The position numbers and the translations under genes are program-made. Under the pieces are notes generated by a model that was given only the letters and a program-made list of their open reading frames with translations, was not told where the DNA came from and searched no databases. Below, piece after piece: positions 1-10,879 of a stretch of 64,000 nt of DNA. The stretch comes from an uncultured Rubrivirga sp. (GTDB lineage: Bacteria > Actinomycetota > Actinomycetes > S36-B12), in contig CAYLOH010000002.1 in assembly GCA_964385255.1 (NCBI GenBank), forward strand, positions 22,965 to 86,964, written 5' to 3'. Numbering within the stretch: the first letter of the stretch is position 1; each line of letters starts with the position of its first letter.

Positions 1-921
1 GCGCTCGTCCACCAGGGGCGGGTGGAGGGCGCGCGCGTCGACGAACTGATGCGTGAGGGCCTGATCGATCTCGGCTTGGACGTGGGTTGGCGTACGCGGA
101 TGCGCTATCGCACGATGGTCGATACCGAGGGGGACACCGTCCTCGCGCTTCATCAGCACCGCAGCGATGGGCTCGTGGACGCATCGGGGTGCGTGATCGC
201 CGACCGGCACGGCCATGCTGCGGCGCAAGCGTTCGCCTCCGGCCTCGCACCGGGGGCCGAAGTGTTCTTGGCCGTCGGACAAGGCGGACCCGTGGTGGCG
301 TCCAACGCTCGTCAAGCACCCGAGGTTCCTCACCAGTTGAACCTTGGCGGTGGCGATGTCACATTCGCGACGACCATCGACGGCTTCTGGCAGGTGCACC
401 CGCGGTTGGTTCGCGCGGTGGTCGACACGACCATCGAATGGGCGCGCCCACGCGCCGGCGAGACGTGGTGGGATCTGTTCGCCGGCGTTGGCCCCATTTC
501 GGCAGCGCTAGGTGAAGCCGTCGGGGAGCGTGGCCGAGTCGACGCAGTGGAGGGATCCTCGATCGCCGTTCGCGAAGGACGGCGAGCGTTGAGCTCGATG
601 CCCTGGGTGCGCTGGCATCGAGCTGACGTGCGTCGATTCGTACGCGCAAGGGCCACCGGCCGCTCCGCATCCAGGCCGCACGGGGTGGTGATGGATCCGC
701 CACGCGCAGGGGCCGGTGCGGAGGTGGTCGCCGCACTCACCAGCCTGGTCCCGCGGGTGGTCGTCGTCGTCGCGTGCGATCCCGTTGCACTGGCCCGCGA
801 CACCGACGCCTTTCGCCGACATGGCTACGAGATAGTCCGGCTCCGCGTCTGGGACGCCTTCCCGCAAACGCACCACATGGAGACCATCGCCGTCTTCGAA
901 CCCCGGGATCGGATATCTTGA
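1..921 (+). CDS. class I SAM-dependent RNA methyltransferase (TrmA/RumA-like uracil-5-methyltransferase family), 5' end cut by window edge
   Basis: The frame is open from nt 1. The C-terminal ~300 aa carry a SAM-binding stretch ([12 protein letters not shown]), [11 protein letters not shown], and ACDP...[13 protein letters not shown], typical of this family. Confidence 0.8.
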   Translation, partial: ALVHQGRVEGARVDELMREGLIDLGLDVGWRTRMRYRTMVDTEGDTVLALHQHRSDGLVDASGCVIADRHGHAAAQAFASGLAPGAEVFLAVGQGGPVVASNARQAPEVPHQLNLGGGDVTFATTIDGFWQVHPRLVRAVVDTTIEWARPRAGETWWDLFAGVGPISAALGEAVGERGRVDAVEGSSIAVREGRRALSSMPWVRWHRADVRRFVRARATGRSASRPHGVVMDPPRAGAGAEVVAALTSLVPRVVVVVACDPVALARDTDAFRRHGYEIVRLRVWDAFPQTHHMETIAVFEPRDRIS

Positions 922-931
922 CGTCAAGATA
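914..931. promoter_or_regulatory. 18-bp perfect palindrome TATCTTGACGTCAAGATA (candidate operator or RNA hairpin) immediately upstream of the acn Shine-Dalgarno
   Basis: Read directly from the sequence. It is perfectly self-complementary and only 6 of 18 positions are G/C. It spans the upstream stop codon (919-921) and ends 6 nt before GGAGG. Confidence 0.4.
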
Positions 932-946
932 CTTCCTGGAGGGGCG

Positions 947-3616
947 ATGAGTCTGGACAGTTTCAAGGCACGCGACGTACTCCACGTGGTCATGCCGTCG
1001 GGAGCCTCGCAGACCTACGACATCTTCCGTATCTCGCAGGTACCCGGTGCTGCCACCCTGCCCTTCACTCACAAGGTGCTCCTGGAGAACCTGCTGCGCA
1101 CCGAGGATGGCGCGAACGTCACGAGGGAATCCATTCGCGCATTGGCCGAATGGGATCCAGCGGCTGAGCCGTCGACCGAGATTCAGTTCACGCCCGCGCG
1201 CGTGGTCATGCAGGACTTCACCGGAGTCCCCGTCGTTGTCGACCTGGCGACGATGCGCGAAGCGGTTCGCGATCTCGGGGGCGATCCATCGAAGATCGAA
1301 CCCCTCGCGCCCGCGGAACTCGTCATCGACCACTCGGTGATCGCGGACTTCTTCGGGACACTCGACGCGGAAGAACGCAATGTCGAGTTGGAGTACCAGC
1401 GAAATCGCGAGCGGTACCAGTTCCTGAGATGGGGCCAAAGTGCCTTCGATGAGTTCAAGGTGGTGCCCCCCGGAACAGGCATCGTGCACCAGGTGAACAT
1501 CGAGTCGTTGGCACGGGTGGTGATGGCTCGCGGTGGCATGGCATATCCGGACACGGTCGTAGGCACCGACTCGCACACGACCATGGTGAACGGGCTCGGA
1601 GTCCTGGGCTGGGGAGTAGGCGGTATCGAAGCCGAGGCCGCGATGTTGGGCCAGCCGGTCTCGATGCTGATACCGCGCGTGGTGGGGTTCCGGCTCACGG
1701 GGGAGTTGCCCCAAGGCGCCACCGCGACGGATCTCGTGTTGACGATCACCGAGATGTTGCGAGGGCACGGTGTCGTCGGCAAGTTCGTGGAGTTCTACGG
1801 CGAGGGCGTGACCGGTGTGCCCCTCGCTAATCGCGCGACCATCGGCAACATGAGTCCGGAGTACGGCAGCACGGTCGCGATCTTCCCCATCGACCAAGCG
1901 ACGATCGATTATCTGCGACTGACGGGTCGCTCGGATGAGCAGATCGCCCTCGTGGAGGCGTACGCAAAGGAACAGGGGCTCTGGCACGACCCGAGCCACG
2001 AGCCGCGTTACTCGGAGTTTCTGGAGCTCGACCTGTCGACTGTGGTTCCTTCACTGGCAGGGCCCAAGCGTCCCCAGGATCGCGTGCCGTTGTCCGACGC
2101 TCGGACTTCTTTCCTGCGAGCGCTCGGCGACTACACGGACGAGCCCGGAGCGCAAGCGGACATCGAAATCGCCGGCGAACCCGTATCGATAGGTCATGGC
2201 GCCGTCTCGATCGCTGCGATCACCTCGTGCACCAACACATCCAATCCTTCGGTGATGATCGGAGCGGGACTCCTCGCCAAGAGGGCCGTTGAGCGGGGCT
2301 TGACCCGCAAGCCCTGGGTCAAGACGACTCTGGCGCCGGGCTCGAAGGTAGTCACCGACTACTACGAGAAGAGTGGTCTGCTGCCCTACCTGGAGAAGCT
2401 CGGATTCGACATCGTCGGGTACGGGTGCACGACATGCATCGGCAATAGTGGACCTTTGATTCCCGAAGTGAGTGCAGCGGTGAACGAACGAGATCTGGCA
2501 GTCGTGTCGGTCTTGAGTGGGAATCGCAACTTCGAAGGCCGCATCAATCCCGACGTGAAGATGAACTACCTGGCCTCACCACCACTCGTGGTGGCGTACG
2601 CGATCGCAGGCACCATGGACATCGATTTGCTGTCCGAGCCCCTCGGGTCCGATCCGACCGGCGAGCCGGTCTTCCTCGCCGACATCTGGCCGAGCATGTC
2701 CGAAGTACAAGCCGTCGTCGATTCCTCCATCGACGCCGACATGTTCACCTCGCGTTACCGGGACGTCTTCGCCGGAGACGACAGGTGGCGATCCCTGCCC
2801 ACTCCGCAGGGTGAGATATTCGAGTGGGACGCCGCCAGCACGTACGTTCGCAAGCCGCCGTACTTCGATGGCATGGCCCGGCAACCGGAACCCGTCTCGG
2901 ACATATCTGGTGCCCGGGTCCTGGTGCTCCTGGGTGATTCGGTCACGACGGACCACATTTCGCCCGCTGGGTCCATCAAGGCGGACAGTCCGGCGGGTCG
3001 CTACCTCACCGACCACGGAGTAGAGCGCAAGGACTTCAATTCCTATGGCTCGCGGCGTGGCAACCACGAGGTCATGATTCGCGGGACGTTCGCGAACATC
3101 CGACTGCGCAACCTGATGCTCGAGGGGGTCGAGGGTGGCTTCACCGTCGACTTCACTCAGGGCGAGGATGTGATCGTCCCGATCTTCGATGCGGCGATGG
3201 CTTACGCCGAACGTGGTACGCCTCTGGTGGTGATCGCCGGGAAGGAGTACGGATCGGGCTCCAGCCGTGACTGGGCAGCCAAGGGAACCGCTCTCCTCGG
3301 CGTCAAGGCCGTGATTGCGGAGTCCTACGAGCGCATCCACCGCTCCAACCTCATCGGCATGGGGGTGCTGCCCCTGCAATTCCCCGAGGGGCTCACGGCG
3401 ACATCATTGGGGCTCGAGGGTGACGAGGTTTACAGCATTCGTGGCATCGAAGCCATGAATAGCGGTGACGTGCCCCGGCAGGTGTCCGTCGAAGCCCTCG
3501 GGCCCGGGGGGCGCACCGTGGAATTCACCGCGATCGTGCGCATCGACACACCCGGCGAGGCTGACTACTACCGCAACGGCGGGATCCTTCCCTACGTTCT
3601 GCGCTCCCTCCTCTAG
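947..3616 (+). CDS. acn: aconitate hydratase AcnA
   Basis: 889 aa. Aconitase signatures are present: [49 protein letters not shown] Shine-Dalgarno lies just upstream of the ATG. Confidence 0.97.
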   Translation: MSLDSFKARDVLHVVMPSGASQTYDIFRISQVPGAATLPFTHKVLLENLLRTEDGANVTRESIRALAEWDPAAEPSTEIQFTPARVVMQDFTGVPVVVDLATMREAVRDLGGDPSKIEPLAPAELVIDHSVIADFFGTLDAEERNVELEYQRNRERYQFLRWGQSAFDEFKVVPPGTGIVHQVNIESLARVVMARGGMAYPDTVVGTDSHTTMVNGLGVLGWGVGGIEAEAAMLGQPVSMLIPRVVGFRLTGELPQGATATDLVLTITEMLRGHGVVGKFVEFYGEGVTGVPLANRATIGNMSPEYGSTVAIFPIDQATIDYLRLTGRSDEQIALVEAYAKEQGLWHDPSHEPRYSEFLELDLSTVVPSLAGPKRPQDRVPLSDARTSFLRALGDYTDEPGAQADIEIAGEPVSIGHGAVSIAAITSCTNTSNPSVMIGAGLLAKRAVERGLTRKPWVKTTLAPGSKVVTDYYEKSGLLPYLEKLGFDIVGYGCTTCIGNSGPLIPEVSAAVNERDLAVVSVLSGNRNFEGRINPDVKMNYLASPPLVVAYAIAGTMDIDLLSEPLGSDPTGEPVFLADIWPSMSEVQAVVDSSIDADMFTSRYRDVFAGDDRWRSLPTPQGEIFEWDAASTYVRKPPYFDGMARQPEPVSDISGARVLVLLGDSVTTDHISPAGSIKADSPAGRYLTDHGVERKDFNSYGSRRGNHEVMIRGTFANIRLRNLMLEGVEGGFTVDFTQGEDVIVPIFDAAMAYAERGTPLVVIAGKEYGSGSSRDWAAKGTALLGVKAVIAESYERIHRSNLIGMGVLPLQFPEGLTATSLGLEGDEVYSIRGIEAMNSGDVPRQVSVEALGPGGRTVEFTAIVRIDTPGEADYYRNGGILPYVLRSLL

Positions 3617-3729
3617 CGCGTCTGGGGACGCCAGCTCGAGTAGCCCCGCCGGTCGGGGTCGACTCGGTTCCGGGCAGCAGCGCGCCAGCGGGTGCTGCGG
3701 CGCCCCCCTCGCCGTAGACTCGTGGGGCG

Positions 3730-5688
3730 ATGAGCGAGCCGACCATGCTGGACCAGATCCGTAGCCCCCACGATCTGCGCGCATTGGCTCCCGATCAACT
3801 TCCCGAATTGGCTCGCCAGATTCGAACCTTCCTCGTGGAGAAGGTGGCCGCCACCGGCGGTCATCTCGGCCCCAACCTCGGCGTGGTCGAACTAACGATC
3901 GCCTTGCACCGCGTCTTCCGATCGCCCGACGACGCGATCATCTGGGACACCGGTCACCAGGCGTACGTCCACAAGATGATCACGGGACGCAGCTCGCAAT
4001 TCGACTCGCTGCGCAAGTGCGATGGCCTTTCGGGCTACCCGAGCCGCCGTGAGAGCGACCACGATGTCGTCGAGAACTCCCACGCCTCGACCGCGCTGTC
4101 CTACGCCGATGGACTGGCGAAGGCGTGGGAAAGGCGTGGCTTGCTGGGTTCACGTCACGTCGTTGCCGTGATCGGTGATGGTGCCTTGACGGGTGGCATG
4201 GCCTGGGAGGCGCTGAACAACATCGCGGCGTCCGAACGTCCCATCGTGATCGTCGTCAATGACAACGAACGTTCCTACTCACCGACCATCGGGGGCCTTG
4301 CCCACCATCTCGCTACGTTGCGCACCACCCGGGGGTACGAGAGGTTCATGCAGTGGGGCAAGGGTGTCCTGCAGCGCACGCCGGTCGTCGGACAGCCCAT
4401 CTACGACGCCCTGCACGGCATGAAGAAGGGTGTCAAGGATGTCGTTGCTCCACAGGGGCTCTTCGAGGACCTCGGGCTGAAGTACATCGGTCCGGTTGAC
4501 GGTCACGACGAGCAGGAGTTGGAGTTCGCGCTCACCCGTGCCCGTGACTTCGATCACCCGGTGATCGTGCATGCGATCACGAACAAGGGGCGTGGATATG
4601 CGCCGGCAGAGAACGACGAGGCCGACCGTTTCCACGGGGTGGGCGTCATCGACCCGGAGACGGGCACCCCTCTCGTCGAGTCCGGTCCGACCTGGACATC
4701 CGTTTTCGCCGACGAGATGGTCCGGATCGGCCACGATGACCGCTCCGTCGTAGCCATCACCGCGGCGATGCTCGGCCCCACGGGTCTCGAGCGATTCGCC
4801 GCCAGTTATCCCGAGAGGACCTACGACGTCGGTATCGCCGAACAGCACGCCATCACCAGCGCTGCCGGTCTGGCCTACGGAGGTATGCACCCTGTGGTGG
4901 CTATCTACGCAACGTTCTTGAATCGTGCCTTCGACCAAGTTCTGATGGACTGTGCGTTGCACAACGCGGGTGTGACCATGGTGTTGGATCGCGCGGGAGT
5001 GACCGGCGACGACGGCGCGAGCCATAACGGAATGTGGGACATGGCGATGCTCGGTGTTGTCCCAGGACTGCGGCTCGCGGCACCGCGTGACGCCGCGACA
5101 CTGCGTCAGGAACTGCGCGAGGCGATCGGCGTCCACGATGCACCCACCGTGGTGCGATTCCCGAAGGGCGCACTCGGCACAGACATTCCCGCGACCAGGT
5201 CGATCGACGGCATCGATGTTCTCGTCGAGTCCCACGAAGGTTCGGTGGACGTGCTCATCATCGCGGTCGGCTCATTCGCAGGCATGGGTCTGGACGTCGC
5301 CGCTCGGCTGCAGGCCCAGGGAATCGCCACCCGCGTGGTAGACCCACGCTGGGTGCTTCCCGTCCCCGAGCAACTCATCGACTTCGCGGACCGCAGCGAG
5401 CACGTGGTCGTCCTGGAGGATGGCATCCGCGAGGGAGGCATTGGGTCAGCGGTCACCGACCTACTGCGCGATGCAGGACGCTACAAGCCCATCCGGGTGT
5501 TCGGCGTACCACGCTCATTCCTCGATCACGGCAAGCGAGGTCAGATTCTCGAGCAACTGGGTCTGACTGACCAGCAGGTGTCTCGAGCCATCATCGAGTG
5601 GGTGGCCGCGGCTCCGGCCAGCCCAGCGAACTACGACGCTACGCAGGAACCGACGCGATCCCAGGTGCCAGGAACCTCGAACCCGTAA
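3730..5688 (+). CDS. dxs: 1-deoxy-D-xylulose-5-phosphate synthase
   Basis: 652 aa. Contains [18 protein letters not shown] and the ThDP motif [16 protein letters not shown]. Transketolase-like Pyr and C-terminal domains are present. Confidence 0.96.
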   Translation: MSEPTMLDQIRSPHDLRALAPDQLPELARQIRTFLVEKVAATGGHLGPNLGVVELTIALHRVFRSPDDAIIWDTGHQAYVHKMITGRSSQFDSLRKCDGLSGYPSRRESDHDVVENSHASTALSYADGLAKAWERRGLLGSRHVVAVIGDGALTGGMAWEALNNIAASERPIVIVVNDNERSYSPTIGGLAHHLATLRTTRGYERFMQWGKGVLQRTPVVGQPIYDALHGMKKGVKDVVAPQGLFEDLGLKYIGPVDGHDEQELEFALTRARDFDHPVIVHAITNKGRGYAPAENDEADRFHGVGVIDPETGTPLVESGPTWTSVFADEMVRIGHDDRSVVAITAAMLGPTGLERFAASYPERTYDVGIAEQHAITSAAGLAYGGMHPVVAIYATFLNRAFDQVLMDCALHNAGVTMVLDRAGVTGDDGASHNGMWDMAMLGVVPGLRLAAPRDAATLRQELREAIGVHDAPTVVRFPKGALGTDIPATRSIDGIDVLVESHEGSVDVLIIAVGSFAGMGLDVAARLQAQGIATRVVDPRWVLPVPEQLIDFADRSEHVVVLEDGIREGGIGSAVTDLLRDAGRYKPIRVFGVPRSFLDHGKRGQILEQLGLTDQQVSRAIIEWVAAAPASPANYDATQEPTRSQVPGTSNP

Positions 5689-7732
5689 CCGCCTGCGACG
5701 TACCGGTGCGATCCAGGTAGGGAGTCAGGCCGCCCAGCCAGAACGGCCACCCCGCACCCAGGATCATGCACAGGTCGATGTCCTGAGCCTCGGCAACCAC
5801 GCCCTCATCGAGCATCCGTCTCGCCTCGTCAGCGAGGGCCTCGAGGGCGCGCGTACGTATCTGATCTTCGGTGAGCTTCGTGGACCCTTGCTGATAGACC
5901 TCGGCAACCCTGGGATCCAGTGTGCGGGAACCATCCGCCCCCCACTGCCAGACGCCCTGGATTCCCGCATCGAGCATGCGCTGCAGGTTGGGGGAGAGGT
6001 AGTAGCGGTCCGGGAAGGCTTGGTGCATCGATTCCGATACGTGGGCAGCCACACCCATGCCCACCAACTGCAGCAAAGCGAAGGGGCTCATCGGAAGGCC
6101 GAGAGGGTCCATGGCACGATCGGCAACGTCGAAGTCGGCGCCTTCGTCCACCGCCTTCGTTATCTCTCCAAGAAATCGAATCAGTAGTCGGTTGACGACG
6201 AATGCCGGCGCATCAGCCACGAGCACGCAGGACTTCTTTAGCTCCTTGCCGACCGAGAAGGCGGTCGCGAGCGTGGCGTCATCTGTCGCTGCGGCACGTG
6301 CGATCTCCAACAAGGGCATGACGGCGACCGGGTTGAAGAAGTGGAATCCGACCACGCGCTCCGGGTGTTGCAGGTCCGCAGCCATGCTGCCCACCGACAA
6401 CGACGACGTGTTCGTCGCCAGGACACATTGCGCAGACACCACGGCCTCCAAGTCAGCGAAGACCCTCTTCTTGAGGCCGAGATCCTCGAAGACCGCCTCG
6501 AGCACGAAATCGGCATCGGCGAAGTCGGCACTGCCGACCGTGCCGGTGACAAGGCCCTTGAGTCGACTCGCTTTGTCCGCGCTGACGCGCCCCTTTGCAG
6601 CAAGGGTGTCTATCTCGCCGTGGACCCGAGCCACGCCTGCGTCCACTCGCTCCTGATCGATATCACTCATGACGATCGGAATCTGCATGCGGCGCGCGAA
6701 CAGCAATGCGAGTTGACTCGCCATCAAGCCCGCGCCGACGATGCCCACTTTCGTGACGGGGCGTGCAAGTTGCTTGTCGGGCACTCCCACCGGCTTCTTG
6801 GCTCGCTTTTGCACGAGGTCGAAGGAGTACAACGATGCGCGGAGGTCGTCACCCATGACGAGTTCGGTCAACGCCGTGTCCTCTGCGGCGAATCCCTCGT
6901 CGCGGGTGCGCGTCTTGGCCGCTTGGACCAGATCGAGGGCGCGGTAAGGGGCGGGCGTCGCTCCGTGAATACGGGCCTCGACACCGCTGCGATATCCATC
7001 CACCACCTGATCCCAGGTGGTCCTATCGACAGCGGGCCGTTCCACCTGGGTACGACCGGCGATCACATCGTCGGCCCACGCAAGGGAGCGTTCGAGGAAG
7101 TCAGGCGACTCGAAAACGGCGTCCACTATGCCCAACTCGAGGGCCTGGCCGGGCTTCAACTGCTTGTTCTGGTTCATGGAGTTGTTGATGATGACGTCCA
7201 ACGCCTTCTGCGGACCGATGAGGTTCGGAAGAATCCACGCACCGCCCCAGCCGGGTATCAAGCCGAGGAACACCTCCGGCAGGGACAGCCCGGCGGCACT
7301 GGCGTCCAGGGTTCGGTAATTGCAGTGCAGGGCGAGTTCCATACCGCCACCCATTGCGGCACCATTCACGAAGGCGAATGTGGGTACGGACGTCTCTCCC
7401 AACTTTCGGAAGACATCGTGTCCGAGCTTGGCGAATGCTTCGATGATGCTTGGGTCGCTGACGATGCCGATCGCCGAAAGGTCAGCGCCGACGGCGAAGA
7501 TGAATGGCTTCCCGGTGATCCCAATACCGACGACACCAGGGGTGTTAACGGCCTCGTCGATCGCTGCGCCGAGTGAGACGAGCCCCTGTGGACCGAACGT
7601 GGACGGTCGCGTGTGGTCTCGCTCGTTGTCAACGGTGATGAGCGCGAAGGTTCCGGCCGGAATCTCGACCAGACGCAGTTTCGCCCCGGTCACGACTTCA
7701 TCGGGGAACGTTGGTGTGGTGGAGGTGGACAT
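5639..7732 (-). CDS. fadB: fatty-acid oxidation multifunctional enzyme (enoyl-CoA hydratase / 3-hydroxyacyl-CoA dehydrogenase)
   Basis: Crotonase-fold N-terminal half plus an NAD-binding [14 protein letters not shown] and a 3HCDH C-terminal half. I trimmed the ORF-track start (7792) to ATG 7732, which overlaps the fadA stop (TGATG). Confidence 0.93.
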   Translation of the reverse strand: MSTSTTPTFPDEVVTGAKLRLVEIPAGTFALITVDNERDHTRPSTFGPQGLVSLGAAIDEAVNTPGVVGIGITGKPFIFAVGADLSAIGIVSDPSIIEAFAKLGHDVFRKLGETSVPTFAFVNGAAMGGGMELALHCNYRTLDASAAGLSLPEVFLGLIPGWGGAWILPNLIGPQKALDVIINNSMNQNKQLKPGQALELGIVDAVFESPDFLERSLAWADDVIAGRTQVERPAVDRTTWDQVVDGYRSGVEARIHGATPAPYRALDLVQAAKTRTRDEGFAAEDTALTELVMGDDLRASLYSFDLVQKRAKKPVGVPDKQLARPVTKVGIVGAGLMASQLALLFARRMQIPIVMSDIDQERVDAGVARVHGEIDTLAAKGRVSADKASRLKGLVTGTVGSADFADADFVLEAVFEDLGLKKRVFADLEAVVSAQCVLATNTSSLSVGSMAADLQHPERVVGFHFFNPVAVMPLLEIARAAATDDATLATAFSVGKELKKSCVLVADAPAFVVNRLLIRFLGEITKAVDEGADFDVADRAMDPLGLPMSPFALLQLVGMGVAAHVSESMHQAFPDRYYLSPNLQRMLDAGIQGVWQWGADGSRTLDPRVAEVYQQGSTKLTEDQIRTRALEALADEARRMLDEGVVAEAQDIDLCMILGAGWPFWLGGLTPYLDRTGTSQAVTGSRFLAPGIASVPA

Positions 7733-8919
7733 CAGGCGCTCTCCTCGACTCGTTCCCAAATCACTGTTCCACCCATGCCCAGGCCGATGCACATCGTCGT
7801 GATGCCGAACCGCGCGTCGGGATTCGACTCGAAATCGCGCGCCAGATTGGTCATGAGTCGTATGCCGCTCGATGCCAGCGGGTGTCCTACTGCTATGGCG
7901 CCCCCCATCGGGTTGACGCGGGGGTCGTCGTCGGCGATGTCGAAGTGGTCCAAGAACGCGAGGACTTGGACAGCAAATGCCTCGTTGATCTCGAACAGAT
8001 CAATGTCGTCGATCGTGAGCCCAGCCTTGGCGAGCGCCTTGATCGTGCTGGGAACCGGACCGACCCCCATGACCTCAGGCTCCACACCGGCGAAGGCGAA
8101 GCTGACCATGCGCATCTTGGCGGTCAATCCGAGTTCGCGTGCCGTGGATTCCGAGGCCAAGATCGCACCGGTCGCACCATCGGTCAGCGCCGAGGCGTTG
8201 CCAGCCGTGACACGGCCGTGCGGACGGAACGGCGTCCGCAGACCGGCCAAGCCCTCCAGCGACGTTCCCGGACGGGGGCCCTCGTCGACCGTGACATAAC
8301 CCCAGCCACTCTCGGCATCGCGAACTGCGACCGGAACGAGATCGGGTTGGATGAGCCCGTTTGCGTACGCCTTGGCGGTCTTCTCCTGACTACCCACGGC
8401 GAATGCGTCGGCGCGCTGTTTCGTGATCGAGGGAAAGCGATCGTGCAAGTTCTCGGCGGTCTTGCCCATCAACAGTGCCTCGGGGTCGACGAGCCGTTCG
8501 GCGAGGTAGCGGGGGTTCGGGTCGATGCCTTCCCCCATGGGGTGACGGGTCATGTGCTCGACGCCACCGGCTACGGCCACGTCGTACGCGCCCGCCATGA
8601 TGGCCGAGGACAAGGTGGTGACCGCAGTCATGGCGCCGGCGCACCAGCGGTCGATCGAATAGCCGGGCACGGACTGCGGCAGGCCGGAGAGCAACGCGAC
8701 CGAGCGGCCGATGTTCATGCCCTGATCACCCGTCTGCGTCGCGGCCGCGATGGCAACATCGTCGATGCGATCCGGCGGCAGCTGGGGATTGCGTCGCAGC
8801 AACTCCCGCACCACCTTGACCATGAGGTCGTCGGCTCGGGTGTGGGCGAACAGGCTGCCTGCGCGGGCGAACGGGGTACGTACCCCGTCGACGAACACGA
8901 CTGGAGAAATGGTGGTCAT
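7732..8919 (-). CDS. fadA: acetyl-CoA C-acyltransferase (thiolase)
   Basis: 395 aa. Thiolase motifs are present (NEAFAVQVL, GGAIAVGHPLASSG, CIGLGMGG). A GAGGGAG Shine-Dalgarno lies upstream. It sits immediately upstream of fadB with a 1-nt overlap. Confidence 0.95.
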   Translation of the reverse strand: MTTISPVVFVDGVRTPFARAGSLFAHTRADDLMVKVVRELLRRNPQLPPDRIDDVAIAAATQTGDQGMNIGRSVALLSGLPQSVPGYSIDRWCAGAMTAVTTLSSAIMAGAYDVAVAGGVEHMTRHPMGEGIDPNPRYLAERLVDPEALLMGKTAENLHDRFPSITKQRADAFAVGSQEKTAKAYANGLIQPDLVPVAVRDAESGWGYVTVDEGPRPGTSLEGLAGLRTPFRPHGRVTAGNASALTDGATGAILASESTARELGLTAKMRMVSFAFAGVEPEVMGVGPVPSTIKALAKAGLTIDDIDLFEINEAFAVQVLAFLDHFDIADDDPRVNPMGGAIAVGHPLASSGIRLMTNLARDFESNPDARFGITTMCIGLGMGGTVIWERVEESA

Positions 8920-8964
8920 GGGGCTCCCTCGATCGACGCCTCTTAGATGTTACTCGCAAGTAAC

Positions 8965-10182
8965 TTAGGTTCGCATGGCAGCGCGCAGGATCGGTCCGCA
9001 CAGGTCCACCTGCCACGGGCGTGCGCCGCCGATGCGCAGGAAGGCATCGAGGTCCTCGGGCGGCTCCCAGCACGCGCGGCGCATCAGGTCCGGAGATAGC
9101 AGCATCTCGGGAGCGACGCCCCACTGCTCGGAGATGCGGGTGAGTCCCTCGCGAGCGCGAGCCAGGCGCGCCGCTGCGACCGGATCACGGTCGGCCCAGG
9201 ACCGCGGCGGGGGCGGTCCGTCTCCTCGTGGCGGACGCGACGGCAACTCATCGGCCGGCAGGTTCTTGGCACGCTGTAACGCGGCCCACCAATCCGCCCG
9301 ATACTTCCCGGCCCCCCGGCCGTGGAATCCCTTCACGTCGAGCAACTCCGAGGCCGATGCGGGGTCGGCTTTGACGGCGGCGAGGATCGCCGAGTCCGGC
9401 AAGATGCGTCCGGGGGCGGTATCGGTCCGTTCGGCGATGCCGTCACGAGCCCACCACAGTTCCCTCGCCAACCCCCACTGCCGCGGGCTCTTGAGGGTGT
9501 GCATGCCCGACAGGCGACGCCACGGCTCGGCGCCGCGATCCTTGGGCGAAAAGGAGAGCAAGTGTTCGAACTCCTGTTGGGCGATGTCCCAGCGCCCCCT
9601 CGCAGCGAGATCGTCGGCCAAGATCTCACGAAGTTCGATCAATGGCTCCACGTCCAACGCGGCATAGCGCAACTGTTCCTGACTCAAGGGGCGCACAGAC
9701 CAGTCCGCGGAGCCGTGACCCTTATCCAACCCACGCCCCAACTCACTGGCGACCAGCCCGGCCAGGCTGACTTTCTCCCGTCCGAGCAGGCGCGCAGCCA
9801 CTTCGGTGTCGAAGAGTCGCGTCGGCCGCATGCCGACTTCGGCTAGGCAGGGCAGATCCTGGGTGGCGGCGTGAAGAATCCACTCGGCGCCACCAATCGC
9901 GTCATTCAGTGAGGTCAGATCGGGCACCGTAATCGGATCGATGAGTGCGGTGCCGGCGCCGCTCCTGCGCACTTGAACCAGGTATGCGCGCGCGGAGTAG
10001 CGATAACCCGAAGCACGCTCGGCATCGATGGCAACGGGGCCGCGCCCCTCCTCAACAGAATGGTTGAAGACGACGAGTGCCTGGGAATCCACGACCATTG
10101 TTGGCGTTCCGTCTCGCAGTTCCAGGTGCGGCAGGACGACCTCAGGAGCCTGTTGGTCGTCCGGTGTCGAGGATTCCTGCAT
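8965..10182 (-). CDS. rnd: ribonuclease D (DEDDy 3'-5' exonuclease with HRDC domain)
   Basis: Exonuclease motifs are present (VAIDAERASGYRY, HAATQDL, YAALDV) plus an HRDC-like C-terminus. I trimmed the start to MQESST; the upstream 55 codons look non-coding-like (Cys/Arg rich). Confidence 0.85.
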   Translation of the reverse strand: MQESSTPDDQQAPEVVLPHLELRDGTPTMVVDSQALVVFNHSVEEGRGPVAIDAERASGYRYSARAYLVQVRRSGAGTALIDPITVPDLTSLNDAIGGAEWILHAATQDLPCLAEVGMRPTRLFDTEVAARLLGREKVSLAGLVASELGRGLDKGHGSADWSVRPLSQEQLRYAALDVEPLIELREILADDLAARGRWDIAQQEFEHLLSFSPKDRGAEPWRRLSGMHTLKSPRQWGLARELWWARDGIAERTDTAPGRILPDSAILAAVKADPASASELLDVKGFHGRGAGKYRADWWAALQRAKNLPADELPSRPPRGDGPPPPRSWADRDPVAAARLARAREGLTRISEQWGVAPEMLLSPDLMRRACWEPPEDLDAFLRIGGARPWQVDLCGPILRAAMRT

Positions 10183-10210
10183 GGGTCTCGCGATCAAGCG
10201 CCGAGTGCGA

Positions 10211-10828
10211 TCACGATGAGCGGGAGCGGTGCGCCGCCACGTGCGGCACGTCGGCCGGCAGAGGAGGCAAGCCGGCAAGCCTTGCGAGGATATCGATCCA
10301 TGCGTGTAACTGGTCGGGCATCGAATCGACCACACGATCATGCTCATGCAGAGCTACGGGTGTCCAGGATGCCCGCACCTCGACGAGGCCGTCACCTGGT
10401 CGCTCAGCCATCGTCCCGAACGATGTGCCCGAGGAGATCGTGACGGTGCCCCCCACCTGGGCGACGGATAGGTCGGTCAAGGCATCGGTCACCCAGGACC
10501 ACGCGACTTCGTGGATGAACGGATCAACCAGCATCTCCGGTTCCACATCGCAGCGCGCGAATACCACCACCCGGAAGGTTCCCGCCCATTCGTCAACTCC
10601 GTCGGGATCGTGCAGGAGTACGAAACGTCCCGTGGCAGATTCGCTCAAGCCGGACAGCGCCGATTGAGAAACCGTTGGAGACGCATCCGCGACCAAGGTC
10701 AGGGCGTGCGGAGCCAACCGTTGCGGAGCAGGGGCCGACTCGATGAGGAACTCGGGGCGAACGCTCGTGGCCGCAAGGCGCTCGGACGCTGCGACGAAGT
10801 CCGCATCGGATGCCGGGACGCTGTGCAC
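10211..10828 (-). CDS. DUF3000-like conserved actinobacterial protein
   Basis: 205 aa with good codon bias. The position directly upstream of rnd is typical for this family in actinobacteria. The family assignment is from memory. Confidence 0.6.
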   Translation of the reverse strand: MHSVPASDADFVAASERLAATSVRPEFLIESAPAPQRLAPHALTLVADASPTVSQSALSGLSESATGRFVLLHDPDGVDEWAGTFRVVVFARCDVEPEMLVDPFIHEVAWSWVTDALTDLSVAQVGGTVTISSGTSFGTMAERPGDGLVEVRASWTPVALHEHDRVVDSMPDQLHAWIDILARLAGLPPLPADVPHVAAHRSRSS

Positions 10829-10879
10829 CTTCGAAGGCTACGGCGAACCGTGCTTCGAAGGAGGTGGGCCACGCCGAGG

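Noticed and set aside
914-931. Assigning the acn palindrome to a known regulator class: HspR HAIR (CTTGAGT-N7-ACTCAAG), FNR/CRP (TTGAT-N4-ATCAA / TGTGA-N6-TCACA), AcnR, or an IRE-like loop.
   Set aside because: - The half-sites resemble CTTGA/TCAAG, but the spacing does not fit HAIR or FNR/CRP.
- There is no resemblance to the AcnR site as I recall it.
- The hairpin loop lacks the CAGUG of an IRE.

It is kept only as an unassigned palindrome.
737-1999. Long ORFs antisense to or frame-shifted within real genes. Examples: 737-1999 opposite acn, 4279-5235 opposite dxs, 6341-7576 and 7711-8946 opposite fadBA, 10511-11761, 32366-33511 opposite arc, 40948-41850 opposite pafC, 58165-59094 inside gcvP.
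   Set aside because: - They fully overlap genes with unmistakable conserved motifs.
- Their translations are Arg/Pro/Gly/Ala-rich low-complexity strings with no motifs.
- This is typical of shadow ORFs in high-GC DNA.
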